This document shows positions 48,373 to 60,227 of a stretch of DNA of 64,000 bases, piece by piece. The translations under genes were made by a program, and so were the position numbers. Source of the stretch: Squalus acanthias (taxonomy: Eukaryota); contig CM059431.1 in NCBI GenBank assembly GCA_030390025.1, forward strand, positions 95,234,001-95,298,000, read 5' to 3'. The first letter of the stretch is position 1. The number at the start of each line of letters is the position of its first letter. Below the pieces are notes generated by a model. It worked only from the letters and a program-made list of their open reading frames with translations, searched no databases and was not told the origin of the DNA.

Positions 48373-51354
48373 GGCCCTGATATTAATGTTAGGTGGCTTC
48401 TGAGCACAGGGGGGTGGGGGATTTTGGGATTGCGTGGGCAAAACCTGGAATTTAAGTCAGTATGTCCAAATCTGCGATCGCAACTTTATTGAAGCAATAC
48501 ATTTTGACTTCTGGGTTTTGTGTCTCCAAGCTGCACGGCGGGCGTGATTCATACGCGCATGGCACAATCTGAAATCTATTTAAGGGCCAATGTAGAAATG
48601 GAAATTGGAGAAGCCAGGAGGTTGGATGCACAGAGAGCAAGGGCAGCACCCAGAGCTAATAATGCATCCCTGGAATTACTGCTGGGTGCAGTCTGGAGCA
48701 GGAGGGACATACTTTTCCCCAGTAATGGGAGACAGAAACCTGCAGCTCCCACCAAAGAAGCATGGCTGGAGGTAGCTGAGGAGGTGAGCAGCAGGTACAT
48801 TGTGCTCAGGTCTTGTATGCATCGCAGGAAGCAGTTTAATGACCTAACCAGGTCAGGAAAGGTGAGTACATTTGCTGATTCACCTGCATCCTGTGGTTTA
48901 AGCAACTCCCAAGTCCCCCCCCAACCTGCCCTTCACTCTGTCTTGCCAAGCGTACTGCATCACATCACCCCTCTCACCCACTCAAATTTCAGCAGCACCC
49001 AGCCTTCACTTTCTATGTACTTCATCACTTCCCCATTTATCCATCTACCATTGCCAGTCACCCAAATCCTTATGCAATGTGATGCATCTGTCTTATAGTC
49101 ACCCTCACCAAATGCACCGCATCCATCGGGTGAACACTTGACCATCAGTCACTCACAGGCCTGTTTCTTCACCCCTTGTCGTCCAGCTCACAGATGCGGA
49201 GAAGAATGCCATGGAGATAAGTATCACATCTGCGTCCCTCTCCATCAGAGATGGAGAGACAGGGAACTTGCAGATAGCTGGTGGTGACAGAATTACAAAT
49301 ATCTCTGTCACACATATGTTAACTTTGACAGAACTATGAAAAGACTGGGTATGGTGATTGACAAGATTGTGACTTTCCCACGATTAATTCATATCCCTTT
49401 TTTTTGGCTTCCATGGCCTTCACGCATACAAATGTCTCTGTCCATGCATGAGGACGATTCCTCAGAGGACCTCACTCCTTCCGAGGCTGCATCGTCACAG
49501 GACGTACAGCAATGCACCAGCGCAAATACTTGCACTTTGGTGGGTCCACTTAGATAGTTAGTTGGGTTTTCACCTGGTGATTTACACCTCACAAGTGAGC
49601 AAGAGCAGATATTAGTGGCAGGGACATGTGTGGAGAGTCTGCGTCAGGGGTGCAATCCTCTTCAAGCTCTGCTCAGCTGGACACAGATGTTGAACCCCGG
49701 GGCTGGTCTGGCGATGGGTGCCACATCTTCATATTCCTCCTCCTCCACTTCTTTTCAATGTTCTCTTCATCCGAAGATGATTGATGAGCGCCTTTGTATT
49801 CCTCCCCCTGCAATACTCTCTGCTGCACAACGTTGTGCACACCACTATCATTCTGGACACCCTCGCTGGTGAGGTCTAAAGGGTGCCTCCAGACCTATCT
49901 AGGCACCTGAAGTGCATCTTCAACAGTCCAATGGCTTGCTATATGACACATTTGGTTGTCATGAGGCTCTCATTGTAGTGCTCCTGCACCTCATTTGTGG
50001 AGTACCTCACAGGTGTAATGAGGCACGTTTGAAGGGGGTATCCCTTGTCTCCTAAGAGACAAGGGATACCCCCTTAAGTCTGCTTCCTGTAAAAAAAACT
50101 CTGGAATGTTGGACTGCCTCAGTATGAAGGCAGCATGTTAGCTCCCAGGAAATGCACACCTGCATGAACCTCTTTTTATGGTTGCACACCAGCTGCGCAT
50201 TGATGGAAGAATATCCCTTGCAGTTTATAAAAACTCTTGGTTGCTCTGGTGATGCTTGGATTTCCACGTGTATGGAAACGATGGCATCCTGAACCTGTGG
50301 AATCCAGTCAGAGAGGCAAATTTTAGTGCCTGCTCATTCTGGTTATTGTCATCACTCCCAGCCCTGGCATCCATCACCTACCTTATACATTTATGTGCAG
50401 CAACTATGAGAACTCTCCGCTAGTGCCCTGAAAAGGAACCAGAGGCAAAAAAATTGATGGCCACGGTGACTTTCACAGCCATTGGTAATGCATGGCCGCC
50501 AGGTCCAGCAGGTAGCAGGTCTTCTAAGAGACTGCAGATGTCTGCCACCACCTGACGTGACAACCTCAGACTGCGGAAGCATTGCTCTCCGTGATGTGAA
50601 GGAACTGAGCCTCTGTCTGTACAGCCTGTTACATGGATAGTGCCTCCTACGACCTTGGCCGCTCTCCTGTGCACCTCTCTCCTGTGCACCTTTCCCCTGT
50701 GCACCTCTCTCCTGTGCACCTTTCCCCTGTGCACCTCTCTCCTGTGCACCTTTCCCCTGTGCAGCTCTCTTCTGTGTACCTGCTGATCCCACCACAGCAC
50801 ATAGTTGCCGTTGATGGTAATGGTCTTCCTCTTCTGATGTACTGTCAAACACGTCCAACGCGCCTCCCATCCTGATCTTGTCAGTTTGAAAGCATCAAAG
50901 TTTTGAAAAAGCTGTATCAACACAAGAATTCTCTACCAAATGTTTGCCAGAGAGAACTGAGACACCAGCTGTAATAACTGAGCTTTTATTCAGATGGGGC
51001 AATCACAACTTTAAATACCCACATGAACTGCAGCTCAATCTCGCCTCCGTTTCACTGGCGAGATTCACGCACCCTGGGAAACCCATGCTGGAGACAAGTT
51101 TAGTAAAACTCAATATAAAAAGACCTAATTAATGTCTCATAAGAGCGTTAATTGCTGTGATGACTACCCGCCCGACTGCACTAATTAAGGTCCCGACAGC
51201 AGCGAGTAGACTACTCGCATGCCTCCAAACGTGCATCCATTAAACCCAGAAGTGGGCGTGTTGGAGCTGGGTTGCAGTCACAGTTTAAAGATCACTGATT
51301 TTAACTACACATTCGTCCCCAACCCACCCATTCTTGTGGGTTAAAATTCCCACC
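48373..51354. mobile_element. Degraded Harbinger with Myb (+) and transposase (-) remnants
   Basis: AAT duplicated at 48370-72 and 51355-57; AWLEVAEEV...[24 protein letters not shown]...FFASGSF and INAQLVCNH. Confidence 0.8.
50667..50775 (-). repeat. 15/30-bp tandem repeat in the transposase N-terminal region
   Basis: Alternating CCTGTGCACCTCTCT and CCTGTGCACCTTTCC units, encoding ([10 protein letters not shown])n. Confidence 0.9.
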
Positions 51355-51423
51355 AATACTCCAGCTGGGGCCTCAGCAGTGCTTTATAAAGGTTTGGCAT
51401 AACATCCTTGCTTCTGTACTCTA

Positions 51424-52688
51424 TGGCCGGAATTTATTCCAGGGAGGCGGGGGACTCCAAGGTGGGCGGGAAACCCGGGAGGCCAGGTTTCCCACAGGCC
51501 CTGCTGACTTTAATGGCAGGGCCTGATTTGCAGGTGAGGCCTTAGATTCCCGCCCGCAGCCAGCCAGGTTGAGAGGCTGGTTGATGCAGGCAGTTAGGCC
51601 TGCAGCTGCGAGGGGTAGGTCCGGGGGAGGTGGGGGGTGGGTGGGGCATCGGCATGGGGCATCAGAATCGCGGGAGGGGGGTCAGGGGCTCAGCATCGGG
51701 GATCGGGGATCGCGGGAGGGGGGTCGGCATTCCGCATCGGGGATCGTGGGAAGGGCGTCGGCATGGGGGATCGCGGGATGGGCGTCGGCATCGGGGATCG
51801 GGGAGGGGCGTCGGCATCGGGTATCATGGGAGGGGCGTCGGCATCGGGGATCGGGGGAGGGGTGTCGGCATCGGGGATCGCGGGAGGGGCGTCGGCATCG
51901 GGGATCGCGGGAGGGGCGTCGGCATCGGGGATCGTGGGAGGGGCGTCGGCATCGGGTATCACGGGAGGGGCGTCGGCATCAGGGATCGGGGAGGGGTGTC
52001 GGCATCGGGGATCGGGGAGGGGTGTCGGCATCGGGGATCGGGGAGGGGTGTCGGCATCGGGGATCGCGGGAGGGGCGTCGGCATCGGGGATCAGGGATCG
52101 CGGGGGGGGGGTCGGCATCGGGGATTGGCAGGGTGGTGGTCGGCATCGGGGATCGGGGGTGATGGAGGATTGGCGGGAGGGGTTGGCCAGAGCATCGGCG
52201 GGGGTGGGAGAGGACCGGGGCCAGACACCGGAGGATTGTGGCCAGCCTCATCATCATCAGGGGAGGCCTCATGGTGGGGATCGGAGGCCTGGGGAGGCGA
52301 TCGGAGGCCTCATGAGGGGGTCTCCAGTCGCGAGGGGAGTGTTAGGTAGGGACCCTGGATCCAGGAGGCAGGTATAAAGCCACTTGCCTCCTGGATGCAG
52401 CAGTCCCCGCCTCGGTTTAACTGCCAGGTTTCACGAATTGTGTGAAACCCATCCACAGGCAGTTAAATTCAAAATGGAGGGCGAAACAGAGGCTTTCAGC
52501 CTCATTACAATATTTAAATTATGGTAACACCCCCTGAGAGCGGGTTGGCTGCCCAACCCCCATCCCACCTCCGGCAAAACCGGAATTGGGCCTGTTGATG
52601 GCGGATCAGGTCGGGAATCCCATTTTTAACAATGTAACTGTCCCCACGCTCCAAACCCACCCATTTTTTTAGGGGAAAATTCCAGCCA
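51424..52688. mobile_element. Harbinger-type MITE carrying a minisatellite
   Basis: TIRs TGGCCGGAATTT / AAATTCCAGCCA; CTA TSD at 51421-23 and 52689-91. Confidence 0.85.
51645..52160 (+). repeat. G-rich CpG minisatellite (~25-27 bp unit)
   Basis: Repeats of GGCATCGGGGATCG(CG)GGAGGGG(C/T)GTC. Confidence 0.95.
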
Positions 52689-53921
52689 CTATGCCTCTAT
52701 TTATAAAGCCAAGGTTCCCATATGCCTTTTTAATAGCCTTCTCAACTTGGCCTGCCACCTTCAAAGACTCGTGTACATATAAAGTCTCGTTGTTCATGCA
52801 CCCCCTTTCAAATTGTATCATTTAGTTTAAATTGCCTCTCCTCATTTTCTCTCCACAGATGCTGCCTGTCCTGCTGAATTTTTCCAGCATTTTGTTTTTA
52901 TTTTTACCATCTGTTTACTAAAAAAAATAATGTCAATGCTTTCCCCATGAGCAACATGATAGGGCTCTGGGGTTCATGCCACTTCCAGGCTTCCTTCAAA
53001 TCCAGGGCATCATTGACTGCACACACATCACCCTGCAGTCTCCTTCAAAAGACCCCGCTGGCATCATAAGTAATTTTATCAATGTCCAATTGGTGTGTCA
53101 TGAGCAGCAACACATCATGCAGCTCTGTGCCCATTATAGTGACAGCTATCATGATGCCTCCCTACTACGCCAGTCCTCCATTCCCTTGATCTTTGACCCT
53201 GCACAGCAAGTCAAGGGCTAAATTCTTAAAACTGTTGGATCTCTTGCTACTCCATCGACATCCATGTGGTCCAGAAACTATGACCCCCTGTTTATAACAA
53301 AAAACAGAGAATCGATTGTGGCTCTACTTTAGAGCCCAAGGAGTTAATTTGTCAAATCATGATTTCCTCATGTCACCGTGAGGAAATATTCACTTAAATT
53401 AAGAAACTTAGGGGTAAAAATTCAGTTGGTTGCGCCTCCCGTTAGCGCCTTAAGAGGGCGCTAATGGGGCGCAAAGCCGCTAACGCCCGGGCACAGCGAT
53501 GTTTGCGCCGCTCGGGAACTTAACTAGACATTGTGCGGCGGCGCTAAACTTTACCGCTGCGACCACCTGCGTGCGCAGATTGTGACGTCATTCCATGGTG
53601 CAACGCCCTTGTGGCGCCCCGGAGCGGAAATTGAGTGGCGCCCCCTGCCTTACCGCCTGGCGCATCCAACGACCGGAAGACTGGAACGCTATCAATCGCT
53701 GTGGGGCTAGGGGGGGCGCTATTTAAAGGGGGCCTCTTCCTGTCTTTTTCTGTGGTTGACATTTATGCACCACTCGTTCTGAGAGAGAGAGAGAGATTCG
53801 GAGAGAGAGAAAGAGAGACTTCTGCATTGACTCAACGCTTTGTGAGGTAGTTTTGCCTACTGATCCTAACTTCACTAGTACTTTGGTTGCTGTCCTTCAT
53901 TACTTTGCTTGCAAAGAGACT

Positions 53922-55082
53922 ATGGGGGCTGCACTGATTGGGGGCGTCGTCCTGCTCCAGCTGAATCGGAGGACACAGAGACGCAGAGAGAGAGTGGCAA
54001 TGATGGCCAGACGGAGGAGGGCCAACAGGCGTATGTACAGGAGAGCTTACCCTCCCAGGGTATATCGTGAACAGCTCTCCTACATTCATATGTCTGAGGA
54101 GCTGTGTTTGTGAAGGCTGCGATTCAGCAAGGAGGTGGTCACTGAGCTCTGCCACCTGCTGCAGCCAGATCTGCAGCCTCAACTGAGGTCCAGGACGTCT
54201 CTGTCGGTGGCAGTGAAGGTCACAGTGGCTCTCAACTTCTATGCTACTGGCTCATTTCAAGCTGCTGCTGGGGACCTCGCCAATATCTCCCAGTTCGCGG
54301 TGCATTGCTGCATCCGGCAGGTCACAAATGCCCTCTTTAAAAGGAGACGAGAGTTCATCTCTTTCCCCATGACCCCAGACAAGCAGCGTGACCGCGATCT
54401 GGGCTTTGCGAGGATAGTGGGCTTCCCCATGGTGCAGGGCGCCATTGACTGCACGCATGTGGCTTTGCGTGCTCCACATGAGAATGCCGAGGAATTCCAG
54501 AACAGAAAGGGGTTCCATTCCTTGAATGTTCAGTTGGTCTGTGACCACAGACAGCTGATACTCGCTGTCAATGCCCACTATCCTGGCAGCTGCCACAATG
54601 CTTTTATCCTGCGCCAGACTACTGTGGCAGAACTTTTCGAGGCACTGCATCAGCCAGTTGGTTGGCTTCTCGGGGACAAGGGGTATCCATTGAGCACCTG
54701 GCTGATGACACCGCTCCGTACGCCCAACACCCCTGCTGCGCTGCGGTACAATGAGAGCCATCAAGCTACCAGGAACATCATTGAGTGCACAATCGGTGTG
54801 CTGAAGCAACGGTTCCGCTGTCTCGACCATTCTGGAGGAGCCCTGCAGTACTCGCCTGAGCGAGTATCCAACTTCGTAGTTGTGTGCTGCGTGTTGCATA
54901 ACATGGCAATCGTCAGGACCCAGCCAATGCCACCAGGCCTTGGAGCACCACCAGAGGAGGAGGAGGAAGAGGAGGAAGAGGACGAGGAGGATGATCATCA
55001 GCAGCACCAAGGCGGGAGGGCGGCCCACAATGGTGAAACTGCAAGGGCCGTCCGTCAATGGCTAATAGCAAGCCGCTTCTAG
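53922..55082 (+). pseudogene. Harbinger transposase of copy 2, inactivated
   Basis: CGA-to-TGA at 54111-54113 relative to copy 1; conserved HD changed to HN (CHNAFIL). Confidence 0.88.
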
Positions 55083-55394
55083 GGCCCCCGCTGTGGAAAT
55101 GGCTTCTGCCATTGCTAACAACATCAATGAACCCAGCACGCAACGCCAAAGCCGGCCAAGGCACCAATAATTCCAAACACCAACCATGTATATTTTGAAT
55201 ACAGAAACTTATTTATTTTCCAAACTCTGTGTGTGTCAATTCCTCATGACAAACTCATAGAAATAAACACAAAAAAACAGTCAATAACATAACTGGTTCT
55301 CACAACCTGGAGATAATGTCCAAAACACTAAACAAAAGTTGGACCACGAACCTCGGCCTTTAATTAAAAAAAGACCAGCATTTTGTCACACCTC

Positions 55395-57214
55395 CTACTT
55401 TTTGCCCTTCGAGGGTGATCTCCTTCCCTTGCGCACTTCCCCCCTTCTAACCCTACTGCTCCTCCGTAATGGGACCTCAGTGGCTGCAGCAAGGCTGGTG
55501 GAAGGCTGCTGATTGTCAGACCCTGACACTGCAGATGCCCCTGAAGGACGGCCTCGACCAGTTCTGGGCCTGGAGGGCCCGGCTGCAGACTGCACCAACT
55601 CTGCATGGGCGGCAGCAGTCTGTCCTACAGGCGGTGGCAAGTGCAGTGGAGAAGTGACAGTGTTGGCAGCAGGAATGCTGTCATCGTGAGAGAGGACAGC
55701 AACTCCCTGCTCGCCCGGCACACTGGCACTCCCACGGGGCAGCACTTCAGCATCCGGAGCAATCTGCTGGAGAACAGATTGCTTGCCTGCTGCGGCACGG
55801 TGAGAGCCCCGGGGACATGTGAATGAACCATCGAGGTTGGCAGCAGTCTGTGCTCGCGTGGCCTCAATCTGAGTCTGCATGAGAGCAGTCAGAGATGGGA
55901 TCACGGCAGCCAGTGACTGAATTGCAGCATTAAACGTTAGTGTGGCATCCGCCTGTGCTACAGCGAAGTGCTCCACACTCCTTGCCAGTGACTCAATGCA
56001 TTCGGGCACCCTTCCCACTGCACCCATGAGCTCAGTGTGCATGCCCACCGCCTGGGTGTTCATTTCTGCAATCAGCCGCTCCTCCTCTGCGTCCATTGCA
56101 GTAGGAGTGTCTGGCATACTCTCCCTCTGGGGAGAAGGCCCCCGTTCTTCCCTACCCCCATGGCGTTGCTGCAGCCCGCTGGGTCCTGGAGCTTCACCCT
56201 CATCAGACCCTTCCCCCCTGCTCCCCTCCAGGGAAGGCGTGTTCCCAGTGTGGACATGGGCTTCCTCGGGAGAGGGTGGCACAAATGCTCCGGCTTCCTC
56301 TTCCTCCTCGGCTGCAGCTTCACTCCCAGTGGCAGCTTCAGGGCCCGTCTCCTCAGCTGGTGAATCACCATCTGAAAGCAGGGAGGTACAAGAATGGCTT
56401 TAGCATGAGGACAGGGTGGCAGTAAGGGAGGAATAAGTGCAGCGAGTTAGCAAGTTGGATTGAAAGTGTCAAAGGCTGGTGTTGTGAGGGACAAGTGGAA
56501 GGACAGAGGACAAAAAGGTGATGACCTTACCATTGCTGTCCAGAACGGGGTCGGCGTCTCCAGTGGCGACGGGACCGATCACCCGGCTTGCCACAATCCT
56601 GTGGACGCGCTCCTCAAGATCGCTGAGGGGTTGCAGCTGAGGCCGCCCTCCACCTGTCCGTTGCTGCTGTCTCCGATTATGCGCCAGCTTGGCCTGTAAG
56701 AAAAAGGACAGCATCTGAGTAAATATACAGCCATGGTCTTGCCTGATGTGCCTCCCATAGGTGAATAGCCCTTACTGTATGCAGCCATGGTCTTGCCTGA
56801 TGTGCCTCCCATAGGTGAATAGCCCTTACTGTATGCAAAGTGTGGAATGTGTGTGTGTGTTTCATGAGAGGGCCATAGGTGTTGGATGAGTGTTGTGCAT
56901 TGGGGTTTTAAGACCCTCTGGCCATAGAGTGAGGTTGAGATGGAGGGATGGAGAGGTATTGAGAAAAAGCCACTCACCCTGACGACCCGAGTGAGGTCGT
57001 TGAACTTTTTGCGGCATTGAACATGGGTCCTGGGCACCATGCTCCTGGAGGAGACGCTCTGAGCCACCTCCCTCCACACTCTTCTGTACTCGCGTGGCAA
57101 AGGCCTCCTGCCAGTCTCAGGGAAGAGTATAGATCTTCTGCGCTCCACCGCGCCAACCAGAGCATCCAAGGCCCGCTCGGTGAAGCGATGAGCTCGTTCT
57201 CTCACCCTCTCCAT
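55395..57214 (-). CDS. Myb/SANT-coiled-coil protein of copy 2, 458 aa, intact (exons 57214-56978, 56693-56531, 56371-55395)
   Basis: Exons of 237+163+977 nt splice at GT-AG into one open frame; RAHRFT...VWREVAQSV...QCRKKFNDL. Confidence 0.8.
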
Positions 57215-57809
57215 CCTTGGCAGCAAAATGGATTCAAGGCTGCAATGAGCAGGGTGTGGCTGGGGAGCAAGTTGGCCCCCCCCCCGCTTTAAGAACTGGC
57301 CGGCGCCAGTGTGTCTGTGTTCCCTCGCTAACTGGCATCACCTGCGCTGCGCTCGCGCTCTGAGTTAGCGCCTCACTTCTCGGCCTTTGCGCCTTAAGAC
57401 AGGTGTGCAGCGCCTGATTTAGCGCTCCAATCACCTCCCGGGGCGGTAAAAGTGAAGTTTCCAGTCAGTGGCGATAATTAGCGCCAGGCGCTAATATTTG
57501 TGTACAGATGATATTTGCGCCCCAAATGGGGCGCGACCTAATTTTTCCCCCTTAAAATTTAATAATGCCCAATATATAAATTTACATTCAGCAATACAAA
57601 AGTTGATATTGGTGAATTAAAAACAGCCGTCAGTAGAAAGGTTTAACTCCTTTGTAGGTTTATAAGGCTGAGCAAAATATCATCAGACGCACCTTGTAAA
57701 TTTAAAAAGACTTTTCTGAACGAAAAAGAACCAAATGCCATTATACCTTTTTTCAAGTCTTTTTACCTATTAAAACTCCTTCGGTTAGTTAGTACAGTCC
57801 AATTACAAG

Positions 57810-59012
57810 CACTGCTCCCTCTAAGGTGTGCGGCCGCGCACTGATCCCAAAGCGCCCGCGCACTTAAATTCAAAGGCCACGCAGAGAGCTGGAGAGCTGG
57901 AGTGGGGGAAGGGCCTGATACACAATGGCCCGTGAATCCTCATTGGAATTCCTAATTGGAAATTAACAAAAGAGTTGGGGCAGTGGGCACATGATAAGGG
58001 AGTGGGTGATGTGTCGGTTGTGTTGTCCTCTGAGAAGCGCCACATGCTGCAGGCCAAGCTCAGCCGGCTCCCATGGTGGTGAGGGCAGCCTGTCCCCCCT
58101 TCTCCTTTGGTGTCAGGGTTACGGGGGCTGTGTTACAGTAACTCCACGGTCACTGCTGAGCAAATCGGAGCAGGCCAGATTAGTGCAGCCGACCACCACT
58201 ATGGGGCTTGACCAAGCCTTCAAATTGGGCTAGATTGGTAGACACCACGTGTAACTCATCTTCTTATTAAACATAGACTGGTGAGTGAGTTGCCGAGTTT
58301 TACTCGTAACAGTTGAGTAAGACGGTGCTTTGTTGCTGTCAGATGGTAGTGGCATATTTTAGGAGAAGAAATGAGAAATGAGTTTGTGTGAATTTTGAGC
58401 TGTACGTAAATCCGCTTTTTAAAATAAAATGATCCGACTGCAGATGGGTTTGTAAAATCAGGCTTTCAATCATTAGGTGGAGCAAGGAAGCATTTTAGCA
58501 GAGGGAAGAGGAGTGATTAACACAAGTTTAACTTACTTTTATTAGTTACTTTTTACTAAATCCAATAGTTATGGATTTATGGTTTTAGTCTTGTTGCTGA
58601 TGAAAATTAACAAAACCTTAATAACATAAAAAGTGGGGAAAATTGGAGCTTACTTTTGAAAATCAGAATTCTGGCGCCAGGTTTATACTTTTAGAAATGT
58701 TGAGGCACATCTGTCTGCTGAAGAATTCAATCCGCCTGGGGGCAACAAAGGTTGCCTCTTGTTTTTGATGGTAGTGTGAGTGTGGCCAGCTGAAGGCTCG
58801 GCCGTCAATGGTGGAGCGATTAAAATCGGGAATGCGCAAGAGGCCCGAATTGCATGAGCGCAGAGATCTCAGAGGTTTTTAGGCACTGTTCCCTGTAAGG
58901 TGTGCAGCTGCGCACTGATCTGTAAGGTCCTGCACTTAAATTCAAAGGCCGTGCAGTGAGCTGGAGAGCTGGAGGTGGAGGGGCCTAATACACAATGGTC
59001 CAGGAATCCTCA
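57810..59012 (+). repeat. ~130-bp diverged direct repeat (57810-57942, 58883-59012)
   Basis: Both copies read CACTG(C/T)TCCCT(C/G)TAAGGTGTGC...CACTTAAATTCAAAGGCC...GAGCTGGAGAGCTGGAG...ATACACAATGG...GAATCCTCA. Confidence 0.85.
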
Positions 59013-59201
59013 CAGAGAGTTGTTTGCGACCTCAGAGTTGATCCAAATTGGAATGGCATTTGCTAAGATACGGAGCCCTGGCACCCAGCAAGCATTGTCT
59101 TGGGATTCTCTCAATACTTTTTTCTGTGGAGACACGTGCAGTCCATTCCCAGTGATTGAGCGGCAACCGCACTTTGGAATAACACAAGTGGAGGCGCAGC
59201 A

Positions 59202-59330
59202 CATAGAAACATAGAAACATAGAATCTAGGAGCAGGAGTAGGCCATTCGGCCCATCGAGCCTGCTCCGCCATTCAATACGATCATGGCTGATCATCCAAA
59301 TCCAGTACCCTGTCCCTGCTTTAATCCCCA
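59202..59330 (-). mobile_element. CR1 3' tail
   Basis: (CATAGAAA)n followed by TAGGAGCAGGAGTAGGCCATTCGGCCC, nearly identical to 11766-11880. Confidence 0.85.
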
Positions 59331-60227
59331 CAGTACACATATCCCACCCTACCCCCGTAACCCCACGTATTTAATTCCCCCTAACATATCCCATCCTATC
59401 CCACATGTACAATAGTCGCTGGAAGGAGGCTAAAGCAAACAATTTTTAGGCCCCCGGTGCAACAAAAGTTTGAGAAAAAAAATTGAAAAATTCGGAAAAT
59501 CGTTTAAAGCTGGAAAATAAATACGGGAAAGTGATGTTGAATGTAAGTTCCAGTTAAATTCTGCCAGGTGTTGTCCCCTTTTTGAAAGAGTCTATCAGGG
59601 TTATTTATATCATGCTGCGAGAGAGGGGATAAAGTTTGTGTCCCCGTTTGTACCTCAGAGTCATTGAGAGACCAAGGGAACAGCAGCAGAAAAAGAGGTA
59701 ACAACTTCTCCAAAACTGATCCTAACTCATTGCCAAGGCTGGGGATAGATAATCTCACCGCCTTCTCAGTATTTGGCAAGTTTAACCACTTTATTCACTT
59801 TCTTATCTGATCTCCATTTGGAATTAGAGTTTTTTTTGTATGTTTAATGACGGCATTGAAGAGGGAAAGAGAAACTTGGAGCAATTTCTTCTGTCAAAGC
59901 TGCAACGACACTTGAAAGAATTTAAAGATTTTTAATGAACTTTTCACAAAAAACGAGTGCTTTCACTTCTTTGCCCCCTAAGTTTCGAATATGATTTTGG
60001 AAGAAACAAGCAAAAATCAATTTCCCCCACATCTAAACAAGTTTGAACCAGGTTTTGAAGTCCAAACGCTTTTACAGAGGCTCTGAAATGCTTAAAATGT
60101 TGTAAAATTGAAATTTCTCAATATTTGATTTTGAACGATTGACTGAAGCTTTAGACAAATATGCAACCATGCTGTGGAGGAGAGGGAGGGTAGGGGAGGA
60201 TTTGTAGGAGTTATATATTACATTTTG

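Larger units (their letters stand above)
47701..52845 (-). mobile_element. CR1 3' portion interrupted by a SINE tail and two Harbingers
   Basis: Pieces 47701-48372, 51355-51423 and 52689-52845 rejoin across the TSDs (GGACAC-AAT-ACTCCAGC; GTACT-CTA-TGCCTC). Confidence 0.8.
43128..52900 (+). mobile_element. Penelope-like remnant in three pieces (43128-43265, 47652-47700, 52846-52900)
   Basis: The pieces are collinear with the reverse complement of ~37240-37500. Confidence 0.6.
42326..53290 (+). mobile_element. Old Harbinger transposase split by a nested stack (pieces ~42797-43018 and ~52905-53220)
   Basis: RRRRACRNPYPTRDYR...YLHFSEEKFLLRLHF before the stack; IQGIIDCTHI...INVQLVCH...YHDASLLRQS after it. 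Confidence 0.6.
53411..57551. mobile_element. Full-length Harbinger, copy 2 (inverted relative to copy 1)
   Basis: TIRs GGGGTAAAAATT / AATTTTTCCCCC; perfect TTA TSD at 53408-10 and 57552-54. Confidence 0.95.

Noticed and set aside
51569..52377. Gly-rich ORFs in multiple frames
   Set aside because: Translation artefact of the minisatellite.
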